Source: Pristiophorus japonicus
Taxonomy: Eukaryota
DNA length: 64,000 nucleotides
Assembly: GCF_044704955.1 (NCBI RefSeq)
Contig: NC_092002.1
Span: 26,908,001 to 26,972,000 of the forward strand
Direction: 5' to 3'
Under the pieces are notes generated by a model. It was not told the origin of the DNA. It worked only from the letters and a program-made list of their open reading frames with translations, and did no database searches. Both the position numbers and the translations under genes were made by a program. Positions 37,301 to 52,300 of the stretch are shown in pieces. Numbering within the stretch: the stretch's first letter is position 1; each line of letters begins with the position of its first letter.

Positions 37301-40300
37301 CCCTTGGACATTGGTCAAGGGGTGGGCCCCTCGGACATTGATCAAGTGGTTGGCCACTCAGACATTGGTCAAGGGTGGGGCCATCCGACTTTGGTCAAGG
37401 GTGGGACCCTAGGACATTGGTCAAGGGATGGGCCCCTCGGACATTGGTCAAGGGTGGCCCCTCGGACATTGATCAAGGGGTAGGCCCCTCGGACATTGAT
37501 CAACAGCGGGCCCCTCGCACATTGGTCAAGGGGCTGGCTGCTCGGACATTTGTCAAGGTGTGGGACCCTCAGACATTGGTCAGGGGGTGGGCCCTTCGGA
37601 CATTGGTCAAGGGGTAGGCCCCTCGGACATTGATCAACAGCGGGCCCCTCGGACATTGGTCAAGGGGCTGGCTGCTCGGACATTGGTCAAGGTGTGGGAC
37701 CCTCGGACATTGGTCAAGGATGGGGCCCTCGGACATTGGTCAAGGGTGGGGCCCCCGGATATTGGTCAAGGTTGGACCGCTCGGACATTGGTCAAGGGTG
37801 TGCCCCTCGGTCATTGGTCAAAAGGTGGGTCCCTCTGTCATTGGTCAAGGGTGGGCCTCTCGGTCATTGGTCAAGGGATGGGCCCCTCGGTCATTGGTCA
37901 AGGGATGGGCTCCTCGGACATTGGACAAGTTGTGGGCCCCTCGGACATTGGTCAAGGGGTGGTCCCTTGGACATTGGTCAAGGGGTGGGCCCCTCGGACA
38001 TTGATCAAGTGGTTGGCCACTCAGACATTGGTCAAGGGTGGGGCCATCCGACTTTGGTCAAGGGTGGGACCCTAGGACATTGGTCAAGGGATGGGCCCCT
38101 CGGACATTGGTCAAGGGTGGCCCCTCGGACATTGATCAAGGGGTAGGCCCCTCGGACATTGATCAACAGCGGGCCCCTCGCACATTGGTCAAGGGGCTGG
38201 CTGCTCGGACATTTGTCAAGGTGTGGGACCCTCAGACATTGGTCAGGGGGTGGGCCCTTCGGACATTGGTCAAGGGGTAGGCCCCTCGGACATTGATCAA
38301 CAGCGGGCCCCTCGGACATTGGTCAAGGGGCTGGCTGCTCGGACATTGGTCAAGGTGTGGGACCCTCGGACATTGGTCAAGGCATGGGCCCCTCGGATAT
38401 TGGTCAAGGGTGGCCCCTGGGACATTGGTCAACGGTGCGCCCCTCGGACATTGGTCAAGGGATGGGCCCCTCTGTCATTGGTCAAGGGGTGGGACTTTCG
38501 GTCATTGGTCTAGTTGTGAGCCCCTTGGACATTGGTCAAGGGGGAGTTCCCCTCCGTCATTGGTCAAGGGAAGGGGCCGTCATACATTGGTCAAGGGTCG
38601 ACCCCTCGAACATTGGTCAAGGGTGGGGCCCTTGGACATTGGTCAAGCGTGGTGTCTTCAGACATTGGTAATGTCTGGGGCCCTCGGACAATGGTCAAGG
38701 AGTGGGGCCCTCGGTCATTGGTCAAGGGTGGGCCCCTGGGACATTGGTCAAGGGGTGGGCCCTCGGTCATTGGTCAGGGGGTCGGGCCTTCAGACATTAG
38801 TCAAGGCTGGAGCACTCGGACATCGGTCAAGGGGTTGAGGCTTCAAACATTGGTCAAGGGGTGGGGCCTTCAGACATTGGTCAAGGAGTGGGGCTTTCAA
38901 ACATTGGACAAGGGATGGGCCCCTTGGACATTGGTCAAGGCATGGGACCCTTGGACATTGGTCGAGGCTGGCCACTCGGACATTGGTCAAGGGGTGGGGC
39001 TTTCGGTCATTGGTCTAGTTGTGAGCCCCTTGGACATTGGTCAAGGGGGTTGCCCCGCCGTCATTGGTCAAGGGAAGGGGCCGTCACACATTTTTCAAGG
39101 GTCGACCCCTCGGACATAGGTCAAGGGTGGGGCCATCTGACTTTGGTCAAGGGTGGGGCCCCTGGGACATTGGTCAAGGGTGGCCCCTCGGACATTGGTC
39201 AAGGGGTAGGCCCCTTGGACATTGATCAACAGCGGTCCCCTAGGACATTGGTCAAGGGGCTGGCTCCTCGGACATTGGTCAAGAAGTGGGACCGTCAGAC
39301 ATTGGTCAGGCGTGGGCCCTTCGGACATTGGTCAAGGGGTAGGCCCCTTGGATATTGGTCAAGGGATGGGCCCTCGGTCATTGGTCAGGGGGTCGGGCCT
39401 TCATACATTAGTCAAGGCTGGAGCACTCGGACATCGGTCAAGGGGTGGGGCTTCAAACATTGGTCAAGGGGTGGGGCCTTCAGACATTGGTCAAGGAGTG
39501 GGGCTTTCAAACATTCGTCAAGGGATGGGCCCCTTGGACATTGGTCAAGGCATGGGACCCTTGGACATTGGTCGAGGCTGGCCACTCGGACATTGGTCAA
39601 TGGTGGGCCCCTTGGACATTGGTCAAGGGATGGGCCCCTCGGTCATTGGTCAAGGGGTGGGGCTTTCGGTCATTGGTCTAGTTGTGAGCCCCTTGGACAT
39701 TGGTCAAGGGGGTTGCCCCGCCGTCATTGGTCAAGGGAAGGGGTCGTCACACATTGGTCAAGGGTCGACCCCTCGGACATAGGTCAAGGGTGGGGCCATC
39801 TGACTTTGGTCAAGGGTGGGGCCCCTGGGACATTGGTCAAGGGTGGCCCCTCGGACATTGGTCAAGGGGTAGGCCCCTTGGACATTGATCAACAGCGGTC
39901 CCCTCGGACATTGGTCAAGGGGCTGGCTCCTCGGACATTGGTCAAGAAGTGGGACCCTCAGACATTGGTCAGGGGGTGGGCCCTTCGGACATTGGTCAAG
40001 GGATAGGCCCCTCGGACATTGATCAACAGCGGGCCCCTCGGACATTGGTCAAGGGGCTGGCTGCTCGGACATTGGTCAAGGTGTGGGACCCTCGGACATT
40101 GGTCAAGGCATGGGCCCCTCGGATATTGGTCAAGGGTGGCCCCTGGGACATTGGTCAAGGGATGGGCCCTCGGTCATTGGTCAGGGGGTCGGGCCTTCAG
40201 ACATTAGTCAAGGCTGGAGCACTCGGACATCGGTCAAGGGGTGGGGCTTCAAACATTGGTCAAGGAGTGGGGCTTTCAAACATTGGTCAAGGTTGGGCCC

Positions 40301-43300
40301 TTGGACATTGGTCAAGAGGTGGGGCTTTTCGGTCATTGGTCAAGGGTGGACCGTCAGTCATTGGTCAAGAGATGGGCCCTCGGATATTGGTCAAGTTGTG
40401 GACCACTTGGACATTGGTCAAGGGGTGGGCCCTTGGACATTGGTGAAAGGGTGGGGCCCTTGGACATTGGTCAAGGGATGGGCTCCTCGGTCATTGGTCA
40501 AGGGATGGGGCTTTCGGTCATTGGTCTAGTTGTGAGCCCCTTGGACATTGGTCAGGGGGGTTGCCCCACCGTCATTGGTCAAGGGAAGGGGCCATCACAC
40601 ATTGGTCAAGGGTCGACCCCTTGGACATTGGTCAAGGGTGGGGCCAACTGACATTGGTCAAGGGTGAGGCCCCTGGGACATTGGACAAGGGTGGCCCCTC
40701 GGACATTGGTCAAGGGGTAGGCCCCTCGGACATTTTTCAACAGCGGGCCCCTCGGACATTGGTCAAGGGGCTGGCTGCTCGGACATTGGTCAAGGTGTGG
40801 GACCCTCAGACATTGGTCAGGGGGTGGGCCCTTCGGACATTGGTCAAGTTGTGGGCCCTCGGACATTTGTCAAGGGGTGGGACCCTAGGACATTGGTCAA
40901 GGGATGGGCCCCTCGGTCATTGGTCAAGGGGTGGGGCTTTCGGTCATTGGTCTAGTTGTGAGCCCCTTGGACATTGGTCAAGGGGGAGTGCCCCTCTGTC
41001 ATTGGTCAAGGGAAGGGGCCGTCACACATTGGTCAAGGGTCGACCCCTCGGACATTGGTCAAGGGTGGGGCCCTTGGACCTTGGTCAAGCGTGGGGTCTT
41101 CAGACATTGGTAATGGCTGGAGCCCTCGGACAATGGTCAAGGAGTGGGGCCCTTGGTCATTGATCAAGGGTGGGCTCCTGGGACATTGGTCAAGGGGTGC
41201 GCCCTCGGTCATTGGTCAGGGGGTCGGGCCTTCAGACATTAGTCAAGGCTGGAGCACTCGGACATCGGTCAAGGGGTGGGGCTTCAAACACTGGTCAAGG
41301 GTGGGCCCTTGAACATTGGTCAAGAGGTGGGGCTTTTCGGTCATTGGTCAAGGGCGGACCGTCAGTCATTGGTCAAGAGATGGGCCCTCGGACATTGGTC
41401 AAGTTGTGGACCACTTGGACATTGGTCAAGTGGTTGGGCCCCTGGACATTGGTCAAGGGTGGCCACTCGGACATTGGTCAAAGGTGGGCCCCTCGGACAT
41501 TGGTCAAGAGTTGGGACCCTCGGACATTGGTCAAGGGTGCGGCCCTCGGACATTGGTCAAGTGGTGGGTCCCTCGGACATTGGTCAAGGTGTTGGCCGCT
41601 CCGACATTCATCAAGGGGTGGGGCCCTCGGACATTGCTCAAGGTGTAGGACCCTCGGACATTGGTCAAGGGTGGGGCCCTCGGACATTGGTCAAGGGGTG
41701 GGCCCTTGGACATTGGTCAAGGGGTGGGGTCGTCGGACATTGGTCAAGGGGTGGGCCCTCGGACATTGGTCAAGAGGTGGTTCACTCGGACATTGCTCAA
41801 GGGATGGGCCCCTCGGACATTGGTCAAGGCATGGGCCCATTGGACATTGGTCAAGGGGTGGGGCTTTCGGTCATTGGTCTAGTTGTGAGCCCCTTGGACA
41901 TTGGTCAAGGGGGTTGCCCCCCCATCATTGGTCAAGGGAAGAGGCCGTCACACATTGGTCAAGGGTCGACCCCTCAGACATAATCAAGGGTGGGGTCCCT
42001 GGGACATTGGTCAAGGGTGGCCCCTCGGACATTGGTCAAGGGGTAGGCCCCTCGGACATTGATCAACAGCGGGCTCATCAGATATTGGTCAAGGGGCTGG
42101 CCGCTGGGACATTGGTCGAGTTGTGGGCCCCTCGGACATTGGTCAAGGGGTGGGCACTTGGACATTGGTCAAGGGGGGCCCCTTGGACATTGGTCAAGGG
42201 GTGGGCTCCTGGGTCATTGGTCAATGGTGAACCCCTCGGACATTGATCAAGGGGTTTGCCGCTCGGACATTGGTCAAGGGTTGGGCCATCAGACTTTGGT
42301 CAAGGGGTGGGCCAATCAGACATTGGTCAAGTTGTGGGCCCTCGGTTATTGGTCAAAGGGTGGGGCCCTCGGTTATTCGTCAAGGGGTGGGGTTTTCGGT
42401 CATTGGTCAAGAGTGGCACCGTGGTCATTGATCAAGAGATGGGCCCCTTGGACATTAGTCAAGGCGTGGGCCCTTGGACATTGGTCAAGGGCTGTGCCCT
42501 TCAGACATTGGTCAAGTGGTTGGCCGCTCGGACTTTGGTCAGGGGTTGGGGCCTTCGGACATTGGTCAAGATGTGGGCCACTCGGACATTGGTCAAGGGA
42601 TGGGCCCTCAGACATTGGTCAAGGGATGAGCCACTCGGACATTGGTCAAGGGGCAGGCCCTCGGATATTGGTCAAGGGTGGGCCCTTTGGACATTGATCA
42701 AGGGTGGGCCCTTCGAACGTTGGTCAAGGCTGGGCCCTCGGACATTAGTCAAGGGTTGGGCCTTCAGACATTGGTCAAGGGTGGGGCCTTCGGCATTGGT
42801 CAAGGGTGGGTCATCGGAATTAGTTAAGGGTGGGGCCTTCTGACATTGGTCAATGGGTGTGGCCCTCGGACATTGGTCAAGGGGTGGGGCCCTCGGACAT
42901 TGGTCAAGTGTGGTCCCCTCGGACATTGGTCAAGTTGTGGGCCCTCGGCCATTGGTCAAGGGGTGGGACCTTCGATCATTGGTCAAGGGGTGGGGCTTTT
43001 GGTAATTGGTCTAGTGTGACCCCTCGGTCATTGGTCAAGGGATGGGCCCCTCGGACATTGGTCAATGGGTGGGTCCTCGGGCATTGTTCAAGCGTGGGGC
43101 CTTTGGACATGGTCAAGGTGCGGGGCCTTTGGACATTGGTCAAGAGGTGGGCCTTGAGACATTGGTCAAGTTGTGGGCCCCTTGGACAATGGTCAAGGGG
43201 GGCCCATTGGTCAAGGGGAGAGGCAGTCAGGCATTGGTCAAGGGGTGGATCCTCGGACATAGGTCAAGGGTGGGCCCCTCTGACATTGGTCAAGGGTGTG

Positions 43301-46300
43301 GCCTTTAGACATTGGTCAAGGCTGGCGCCCTCGGACAATGTTCAAAGGGTGCAGCCCTCGGACATTGGTCAAGGGATGGGCCCCTCGGACATTGGTCAAG
43401 GGGTGGGGCCTTCGGTCATTAGTCAAGGTATGGGCCCTCGGACTTTGGTTAAGGGGTGGTGCCCTCGGTCATTGGTCAAGGGGTGGGGCCTTCGGTCATT
43501 GGTTAAGGGGTGGGCCCCTCGGACATTGGTCAAGGGTGGGGCCTTCAGACATTGGCCAAGCGTGGTGCCCTCGGTCATTGGTCAAGGGGAGGGGCCTTCG
43601 GTCATTGGTTAAGGGGTGGGCCCCTCGGACATTGGTCAAAGGTGGGGCCTTCAGACATTGGCCAAGGGTGGGGTCCTCGGACATTGGTCAAGGGGTGGGC
43701 CCCGGGACATTGGTCAAGGGGTGGGCCATTCAGACATTGATCAAAGGGTGGGACCCTCGGACATTGGTCAAGGGTTGGGCCCCTCGGACATTGAACAAGT
43801 GGTGGATCCCTCGGACATTGGTCAAGGTGTAGGCCGCTCGGACATTGGTCAAGGGGTGGGCCCTCGATCATTGGTCAAGGGTGGGATCCTCGGACATTGG
43901 TCAAGGGATGGGCCAATCGGACATTGGTCAAGGTGGGCCCCTCGGACATTGGTCAAGGGGTGGTCCCCTGGAACATTGGTCAAGGGGTGGGCCCATCAGA
44001 CATTGGTCAAGGGGTTTGCCACTTGGACATTGGTCAAGGGTGGGGCCATCAGACTTTGGTCAAGGGTTAGGCCCCTCGAACATTGGTCAAGTTGTGGGCC
44101 CTCGGTTATTGGTCAAGGGGTTCGGCCCTCGGTCATTCATCAAGGGGTGGGGTTTTCGGTCATTGGTCAAGGGTGGCACCGTGGTCATTAGTCAAGGGAT
44201 GGGCCCCTCAGACATTGGTGAAGTGGCCACCATGGAGATTGGTCAAGGGGTGGGCCCTGGGACATTGGTCAGTGGGTGGACCTCTCAGACATTAGTCAAG
44301 GGTGGGGCCTTCAGATATTGGCCAAGGGTGGGGCCTTCGGCATTGGCCAAGTGTGGGGCCTTCGGCATTGGTCAAGGGTGGGGCCTTCTGACGTTGGTCA
44401 AGGGTGGTCCCATCGGCCATTGGTCAAGGGGTGGGACCTTCGATCATTGGTCAAGGGGTGGGACTTTCGGTAATTTGTCTAGGGTGGCCCTTCGGTTATT
44501 GGTCAAGGGTGGGCCCCTCGGACATTGGTCAAGGGGTGGGCACTCGGGCATTGTTCAACGGTGGGGCCTTTGGACATTGGGCAAGGGGTGGGGCCTTGAG
44601 ACATTGGTCCAGTTGTGGGCCCCTTGGACAACGGGGGGGCCATCGGTCATTGGTCAAGGGAGGGGCAGGCAGACATTGGTCAAGTGGTGGGTCCTCGGAC
44701 ATAGGTCAAAAGTAGCCCCTCTGACATTGGTCAAGGGTGGAGCCTTTAGACATTGGTCAAGGCTGGGGCACTCGGACAATGGTCAAGGGGTGGGGCCCTC
44801 GGACATTGGTCAAGGGATGGGCCCCTCGGACATTGGTCAAGGGCTGGGCACTTGGACATTGGTCAAGGGCTGGGCCATTTGGACATTGGTCAAGGGGTTG
44901 GCCGTTTGGACATTGGTCAAGGGTTGGGCCCCTCGGACATTGGACAAGGGTGGGGCCCTCGGACATTGGTCAAGAGTGGGGCCCTCGGACATTGGTCAAG
45001 GGTTGGGCTCCTCGGACATTGAACAAGTGGTGGGTCCCTCGGACATTGGTCAAGGTGTAGGCCGCTCGGACATTGGTCAAGGGGTGGGCCCTCGATCATT
45101 GGTCAAGGGTGGGATCCTCGGACATTGGTCAAGGGGTGGGCCCTCGGACATTGGTCAAGGGGTGGGCCTTCGGAAATTGGCCAAGTGGTGTGACTCTCAG
45201 ACATTGGTCCAGGGGTGGGCACTTGGACATTGGTCAAGGGTGGGCCCCTCGGTCATTGGTCAAGTGGTGTGCCCTCGGACATTATTCAAGTGGTGGGGCC
45301 CTCGGACATTGGTCTAGTGGTGGGACCCTCGGACATTGGTCAAGGGTGGCCCCTCGGACATTGGTCAAGGGATGGGCCAATCGGACATTGGTCAAGGTGG
45401 GCCCCTCGGACATTGGTCAAGAGGTGGTCCCCTGGAACATTGGTCAAGGGGTGGGCCCATCAGACATTGGTCAAGGGGTTTGCCACTTGGACATTGGTCA
45501 AGGGTGGGGCCATCAGACTTTGGTCAAGGGTTAGGCCCCTCGAACATTGGTCAAGTTGTGGGCCCTCGGTTATTGGTCAAGGGGTTCGGCCCTCGGTCAT
45601 TCATCAAGGGGTGGGGTTTTCGGTCATTAGTCAAGGGATGGGCCCCTCAGACATTGGTGAAGTGGCCCCCATGGACATTGGTCAAGGGGTGGGCCCTGGG
45701 ACATTGGTCAGTGGGTGGACCTCTCAGACATTAGTCAAGGGTGGGGCCTTCAGATATTGGCCAAGGGTGGGGCCTTCGGCATTGGCCAAGGGTGGGGCCT
45801 TCGGCATTGGTCAATGGTGGGGCCTTCTGACGTTGGTCAAGGGTGGTCCCCTCGGCCATTGGTCAAGGGGTGGGACCTTCGATCATTGGTCAAGGGGTGG
45901 GACTTTCGGTAATTGGTCTAGGGTGGCCCCTCGGTCATTGGTCAAGGGTGGGCCCCTCGGACATTGGTCAAGGGGTGGGCACTTGGTCATTGTTCAATGG
46001 TGAGGCGTTCGGACATGGTCAAGGGGTGGGGCCTTTGGACATTGGTCAAGGGGTGGGCTCCTGGGTCATTGGTCAATGGTGATCCCCTCGGACATTGATC
46101 AAGGGGTTTGCCGCTCAGACATTGGTCAAGGGTTGGGCCATCAGACTTTGGTCAAGGGGTGGGCCATTCGGACATTGGTCAAGTTGTGGGCCCTCGGTTA
46201 TTGGTCAAAGGGTGGGGCCCTCGGTTATTCGTCAAGGGGTGGGGTCTTCGGTCATTGGTCAAGAGTGGCACCGTGGTCATTGGTCAAGAGATGGGCCCCT

Positions 46301-49300
46301 TGGACATTAGTCAAGGCGTGGGCCCTTGGACATTGGTCAAGGGGTGGGCCCTTCAGACATTGGTCAAGTGGTTGGCCGCTCGGACTTTGGTCAGGGGTTG
46401 GGGCCTTCGGACATTGGTCAAGACGTGGGCCACTCGGACATTGGTCAAGGGATGGGCCCTCAGACATTGGTCAAGGGATGAGCCACTCAGACATTGATCA
46501 AGGGGCGGGCCCTCGGATATTGGTCAAGGGTGGGCCCTTTGGACATTGATCAAGGGTGGGCCCTTCGAACATTGGTCAAGGCTGGGCCCTCGGACATTAG
46601 TCAAGGGTTAGGCCTTCAGATATTGGTCAAGGGTGGGGCCTTCGGCATTGGTCAAGGGTGGGCCTTCGGCATTAGTCAAGGGTGGGGCCTTCTGACATTG
46701 GTCAATGGGTGTGGCCCTCGGACATTGGTCAAGGGGTGGGGCCCTTGGACATTGGTCAAGGGTGGTCCCCTCGGACATTGGTCAAGTTGTGGGCCCTCGG
46801 CCATTGGTCAAGGGGTGGGACCTTCGATCATTGGTCAAGGGGTGGGGCTTTTGGTAATTGGTCTAGTGTGACCCCTCGGTCATTGGTCAAGGGATGGGCC
46901 CCTCGGACATTGGTCAATGGGTGGGCCCTCGGGCATTGTTCAAGGGTGGGGTCTTTGGACATGGTCAAGGTGCGGGGCCTTTGGACATTGGTCAAGAGGT
47001 GGGGCCTTGAGACATTGGTCAAGTTGTGGGCCCCTTGGACAATGGTCAAGGGGGGCCCATCGGTCATTGGTCAAGGGGAGAGGCAGTCAGGCATTGGTCA
47101 AGGGGTGGGTCCTCGGACATAGGTCAAGGGTGGGCCCCTCTGACATTGGTTAAGGGTGTGGCCTTTAGACATTGGTCAAGGCTAGCGCCCTCGGACAATG
47201 TTCAAGGGGTGCAGCCCTCGGACATTGGTCAAGGGATGGGCCCCTCGGACATTGGTCAAGAGGTGGGGCCTTCGGTCATTAGTCAAGGGATGGGCCCTCG
47301 GACTTTGGTTAAGGGGTGGTGCCCTCGGTCATTGGTCAAGAGGTGGGCCTTCGGTCATTGGTTAAGGGGTGGGCCCTTTGGACATTGGTCAAGGGTGGGG
47401 CCTTCAGACATTGGCCAAGCGTGGTGCCCTCGGTCATTGGTCAAGGGGAGGGGCCTTCGGTCATTGGTTAAGGGGTGGGCCCCTCGGACATTGGTCAAAG
47501 GTGGGGCCTTCAGACATTGGCCAAGGGTGGGGTCCTCGGACATTGGTCAAGGGGTGGGCCCCGGGACATTGGTCAAGGGGTGGGCCACTCAGACATTGAT
47601 CAAGGGGTGGGACCCTCGGACATTGGTCAAGGGTTGGGCCCCTCGGACTTTGAACAAGTGGTGGGTCCCTCGGACATTGGTCAAGGTGTAGGCCGCTCGG
47701 ACATTGGTCAAGGGGTGGGTCCTCGATCATTGGTCAAGGGTGGGATCCTCGGACATTGGTCAAGGGGTGGGCCCTCGGACATTGGTCAAGGGTGGGTCCC
47801 TCGGTCATTGGTCAAGGGGTGGGCCTTCGGACATTGGCCAAGTGGTGTGACTCTCAGACATTGGTCCAGGGGTGGGCACTTGGACATTGGTCAAGGGTGG
47901 GCCGCTCGGTCATTGGTCAAGGGGTGTGCCCTCGGACATTATTCAAGTGGTGGGGCCCTCGGACATTGGTCTAGTGGTGGGACCCTCGGACATTGGTCAA
48001 GGGTGGCCCCTCGGTCATTGGTCAAGGGATGGGCCAATCGGACATTGGTCAAGGTGGGCCCATCAGACATTGGTCAAGGGATTTGCCGCTTGGACATTGG
48101 TCAAGGGTGGGGCCATCAGACTTTGGTCAAGGGTTAGGCCCCTCGAACATTGGTCAAGTTGTGGGCCCTCGGTTATTGGTCAAGGGGTTCGGCCCTCGGT
48201 CATTCATCAAGGGGTGGGGTTTTCGGTCATTGGTCAAGGGTGGCACCGTGGTCATTAGTCAAGGGATGGACCCCTCAGACATTGGTGAAGTGGCCCCCAT
48301 GGACATTGGTCAAGGGGTGGGCCCTGGGACATTGGTCAGTGGGTGGACCTCTCAGACATTAGTCAAGGGTGGGGCCTTCAGATATTGGCCAAGGGTGGGG
48401 CCTTCGGCATTGGTCAAGGGTGGGGCCTTCTGACGTTGGTCAAGGGTGGTCCCCTCGGCCATTGGTCAAGGGGTGGGACCTTCGATCATTGGTCAAGGGG
48501 TGGGACTTTCGGTAATTGGTCTAGGGTGGCCCCTCGGTCATTGGTCAAGGGTGGGCCCCTCGGACATTGGTCAAGGGGTGGGCACTTGGTCATTGTTCAA
48601 TGGTGGGGCGTTCGGACATGGTCAAGGGGTGGGGCCTTTGGACATTGGTCAAGGGGTGGGCTCCTGGGTCATTGGTCAATGGTGATCCCCTCGGACATTG
48701 ATCAAGGGGTTTGCCGCTCAGACATTGGTCAAGGGTTGGGCCATCAGACTTTGGTCAAGGGGTGGGCCATTCGGACATTGGTCAAGTTGTGGGCCCTCGG
48801 TTATTGGTCAAAGGGTGGGGCCCTCGGTTATTCGTCAAGGGGTGGGGTCTTCGGTCATTGGTCAAGAGTGGCACCGTGGTCATTGGTCAAGAGATGGGCC
48901 CCTTGGACATTAGTCAAGGCGTGGGCCCTTGGACATTGGTCAAGGGGTGGGCCCTTCAGACATTGGTCAAGTGGTTGGCCGCTCGGACTTTGGTCAGGGG
49001 TTGGGGCCTTCGGACATTGGTCAAGACGTGGGCCCCTCGGTCATTGGTCAAGGGATGGGCCAATCGGACATTGGTCAAGGTGGGCCCCTCGGACATTGGT
49101 CAAGGGGTGGTCCCCTGGAACATTGGTCAAGGGGTGGGCCCATCAGACATTGGTCAAGGGGTTTGCCACTTGGACATTGGTCAAGGGTGGGGCCATCAGA
49201 CTTTGGTCAAGGGTTAGGCCCCTCGAACATTGGTCAAGTTGTGGGCCCTCGGTTATTGGTCAAGGGGTTCGGCCCTCGGTCATTCATCAAGGGGTGGGGT

Positions 49301-52300
49301 TTTCGGTCATTGGTCAAGGGTGGCACCGTGGTCATTAGTCAAGGGATGGGCCCCTCAGACATTGGTGAAGTGGCCACCATGGAGATTGGTCAAGGGGTGG
49401 GCCCTGGGACATTGGTCAGTGGGTGGACCTCTCAGACATTAGTCAAGGGTGGGGCCTTCAGATATTGGCCAAGGGTGGGGCCTTCGGCATTGGCCAAGTG
49501 TGGGGCCTTCGGCATTGGTCAAGGGTGGGGCCTTCTGACGTTGGTCAAGGGTGGTCCCATCGGCCATTGGTCAAGGGGTGGGACCTTCGATCATTGGTCA
49601 AGGGGTGGGACTTTCGGTAATTTGTCTAGGGTGGCCCTTCGGTTATTGGTCAAGGGTGGGCCCCTCGGACATTGGTCAAGGGGTGGGCACTCGGGCATTG
49701 TTCAACGGTGGGGCCTTTGGACATTGGGCAAGGGGTGGGGCCTTGAGACATTGGTCCAGTTGTGGGCCCCTTGGACAACGGGGGGGCCATCGGTCATTGG
49801 TCAAGGGAGGGGCAGGCAGACATTGGTCAAGTGGTGGGTCCTCGGACATAGGTCAAAAGTAGCCCCTCTGACATTGGTCAAGGGTGGAGCCTTTAGACAT
49901 TGGTCAAGGCTGGGGCACTCGGACAATGGTCAAGGGGTGGGGCCCTCGGACATTGGTCAAGGGATGGGCCCCTCGGACATTGGTCAAGGGCTGGGCACTT
50001 GGACATTGGTCAAGGGCTGGGCCATTTGGACATTGGTCAAGGGGTTGGCCGTTTGGACATTGGTCAAGGGTTGGGCCCCTCGGACATTGGACAAGGGTGG
50101 GGCCCTCGGACATTGGTCAAGAGTGGGGCCCTCGGACATTGGTCAAGGGTGTGGCCCTCAGACATTGGTCAAGAGGTGGGACCCTCAGACATTGGTCAAG
50201 GGATGGGCCCGCGAACATTGGTCAAGGGTGCGGCCCTCGGACATGGGTCAAGGGATGGCACCCTCGGACATTGGTCATGGGGTGGGTCCCTCGGCCATTG
50301 GTCAAGGGTTGGGCCCTCGGACATTGGTCAAGGGTGCGGCCCTCGGACATTGGTCAAGGGGTGGGGCCCTCAGACATTGGTCAAGGATCGGGCCCTCGGA
50401 CATTGGCCAAGGGTGGGGCCCTCGGACATTGGTCAAGGGGTGGGGCCCTCTGACATTGTTCAAGGGGTGGGGCTTTCGGACAATGATCAAGGGTTGCCCA
50501 TTAGTCATTGGTCAAGGGATGGGCCCCTCGGACATTGGTCAAGGCGAGGGCCCTCGGACATTGGTCAAGGGGTGGGCCCTCAGACATTGGTCAAGTGGTG
50601 GGCCCCTCGGGCATTGGTCAAGGGGAGGGCCCTCGGACATTGGTCAAGAGGTGGGCCCTCCGACATTGGTCAAGGGTGGCCCCTCGGTCATTGGTCAAGG
50701 GTGGGCCCCTCGGTCATTGGTCAAGGTGTTGGCCTCTCGGACATTGGTCAAGGTGTGGGCCCTTGGACATTGGTCAAGTGGTGGCGCCCTCGGACATTAC
50801 TCAAGTGGTGGGAACCTCAGACATTGGTCAAGCGATGGGCCCCTCGGACATTGGTCAAGTTGTGGGCTCCTCGGACATTGGTCATGGGAAGGGCACTTGG
50901 TCATTGAACAAGGAGTCCCCTCAGACATTGGTCAAGGGGTGTGACCCTGGGACATTGGTCAAGGGGTGGGCCCCTCGGACATTGGTCAAGGGGTGCGGCT
51001 TCAAACATTCGTCAAGGGGTGGGGCCTTCAGACATTGGTCAAGAGGTGGAGCCTTCAGACATTGGTCAAGGGGTGGGGCTTTCAAACATTGGTCAAGGGT
51101 GGGGCCCTCGGACATTGGTCAAGGGTGAGCCCCTCGGTCATTGGTCAAGGGATGGGTCCTCGGGCATTGTTCAACGGTGGGGCCTTCGGACAAGGTCAAG
51201 GGATGGGCCCTTTGGACATTGGTCAAGGGGTGGGGCCTTGAGACATTGGTCCAGTTGTGGGCCCCTTGGACAACGGTCAACGGGGGGCCATCGGTCATTG
51301 TTAAGGGGAGGGGCAGTCAGACATTGGTCAAGTGGTGGGTCCTTGGACATAGGTCAAGAGTGGCCCCTCTGACATTGGTCAAGGGTGGGGCCTTTAGACA
51401 TTGGTCAAGGCTGGGGCACTCGGACAATGGTCAAGGGGTGGGGCCCTCGGACATTGGTCAAGGGATGGGCCCCTCGGACATAGGTCAAGGGGTGGGTCCT
51501 TGAACATTGGTCAAGGGGTTTGCCCTTGGACATTGGTCAAGGGGTGGGCCATTTGGACATTGGTCAAGGGGTTGGCCGTTTGGACATTGCTCAAGGGGTG
51601 GGCCCCTCGGACATTGGTCAAGAGATGGGTCCTTGAACATTGGTCAAGGGTTGGTCCCTTGGACATTGATCAAGGGGTGGGCCCTTCGGACATTGGTCAA
51701 GGGGTGCGACACTCGGAAATTGGTCAAGGGATGGGCCCCTCGGACTTCTGTCAAGGTTGGGCCCTCGGACATTGGTCAAGCGGTGGGGCCCTCCGTCATT
51801 GGTCAAGAGGTGGGGCTTTCCATCAATGGTCAAGGGGTGTGGCTTTCCATCAATGGTCAAGGGGTGGGCTCCTCGGACATTAGTCAAGGGGTGGAGCCCC
51901 TTGGACATTGGTCAAGTGTTGGGCTTTCGGTTATTGGTCAAGGGTGGCCCCTCGGATATTGGTCAAGGGACGGGCCCTCGGACATTGGTTAAGGGGTGGG
52001 CCCCTCGGACATTAGTCAGGAGGTGGGACCCTCGGACATTGGTCAAGGGATTGGCCCTCGGACATTGGTCAAGGGTGGGGCCCTCGGACATGGGTCAAGG
52101 GGTGGGTCCCTCGGCCATTGGTCAAGGGGTGGGTCCCTCGGCCATTGGTCAAGGGTGGGGCCCTCGGACATTGGTCAAGGGTGGGGCCCTCGGACATTGG
52201 TCAGGGGTGGGGCACTCAGACATTGGTCAAGGATGGGGCCCTCGGACATTGGTCAAGGATGGGGCCCTCTGACATTGTTCAAGGGGTGGGGCTTTCGGAC

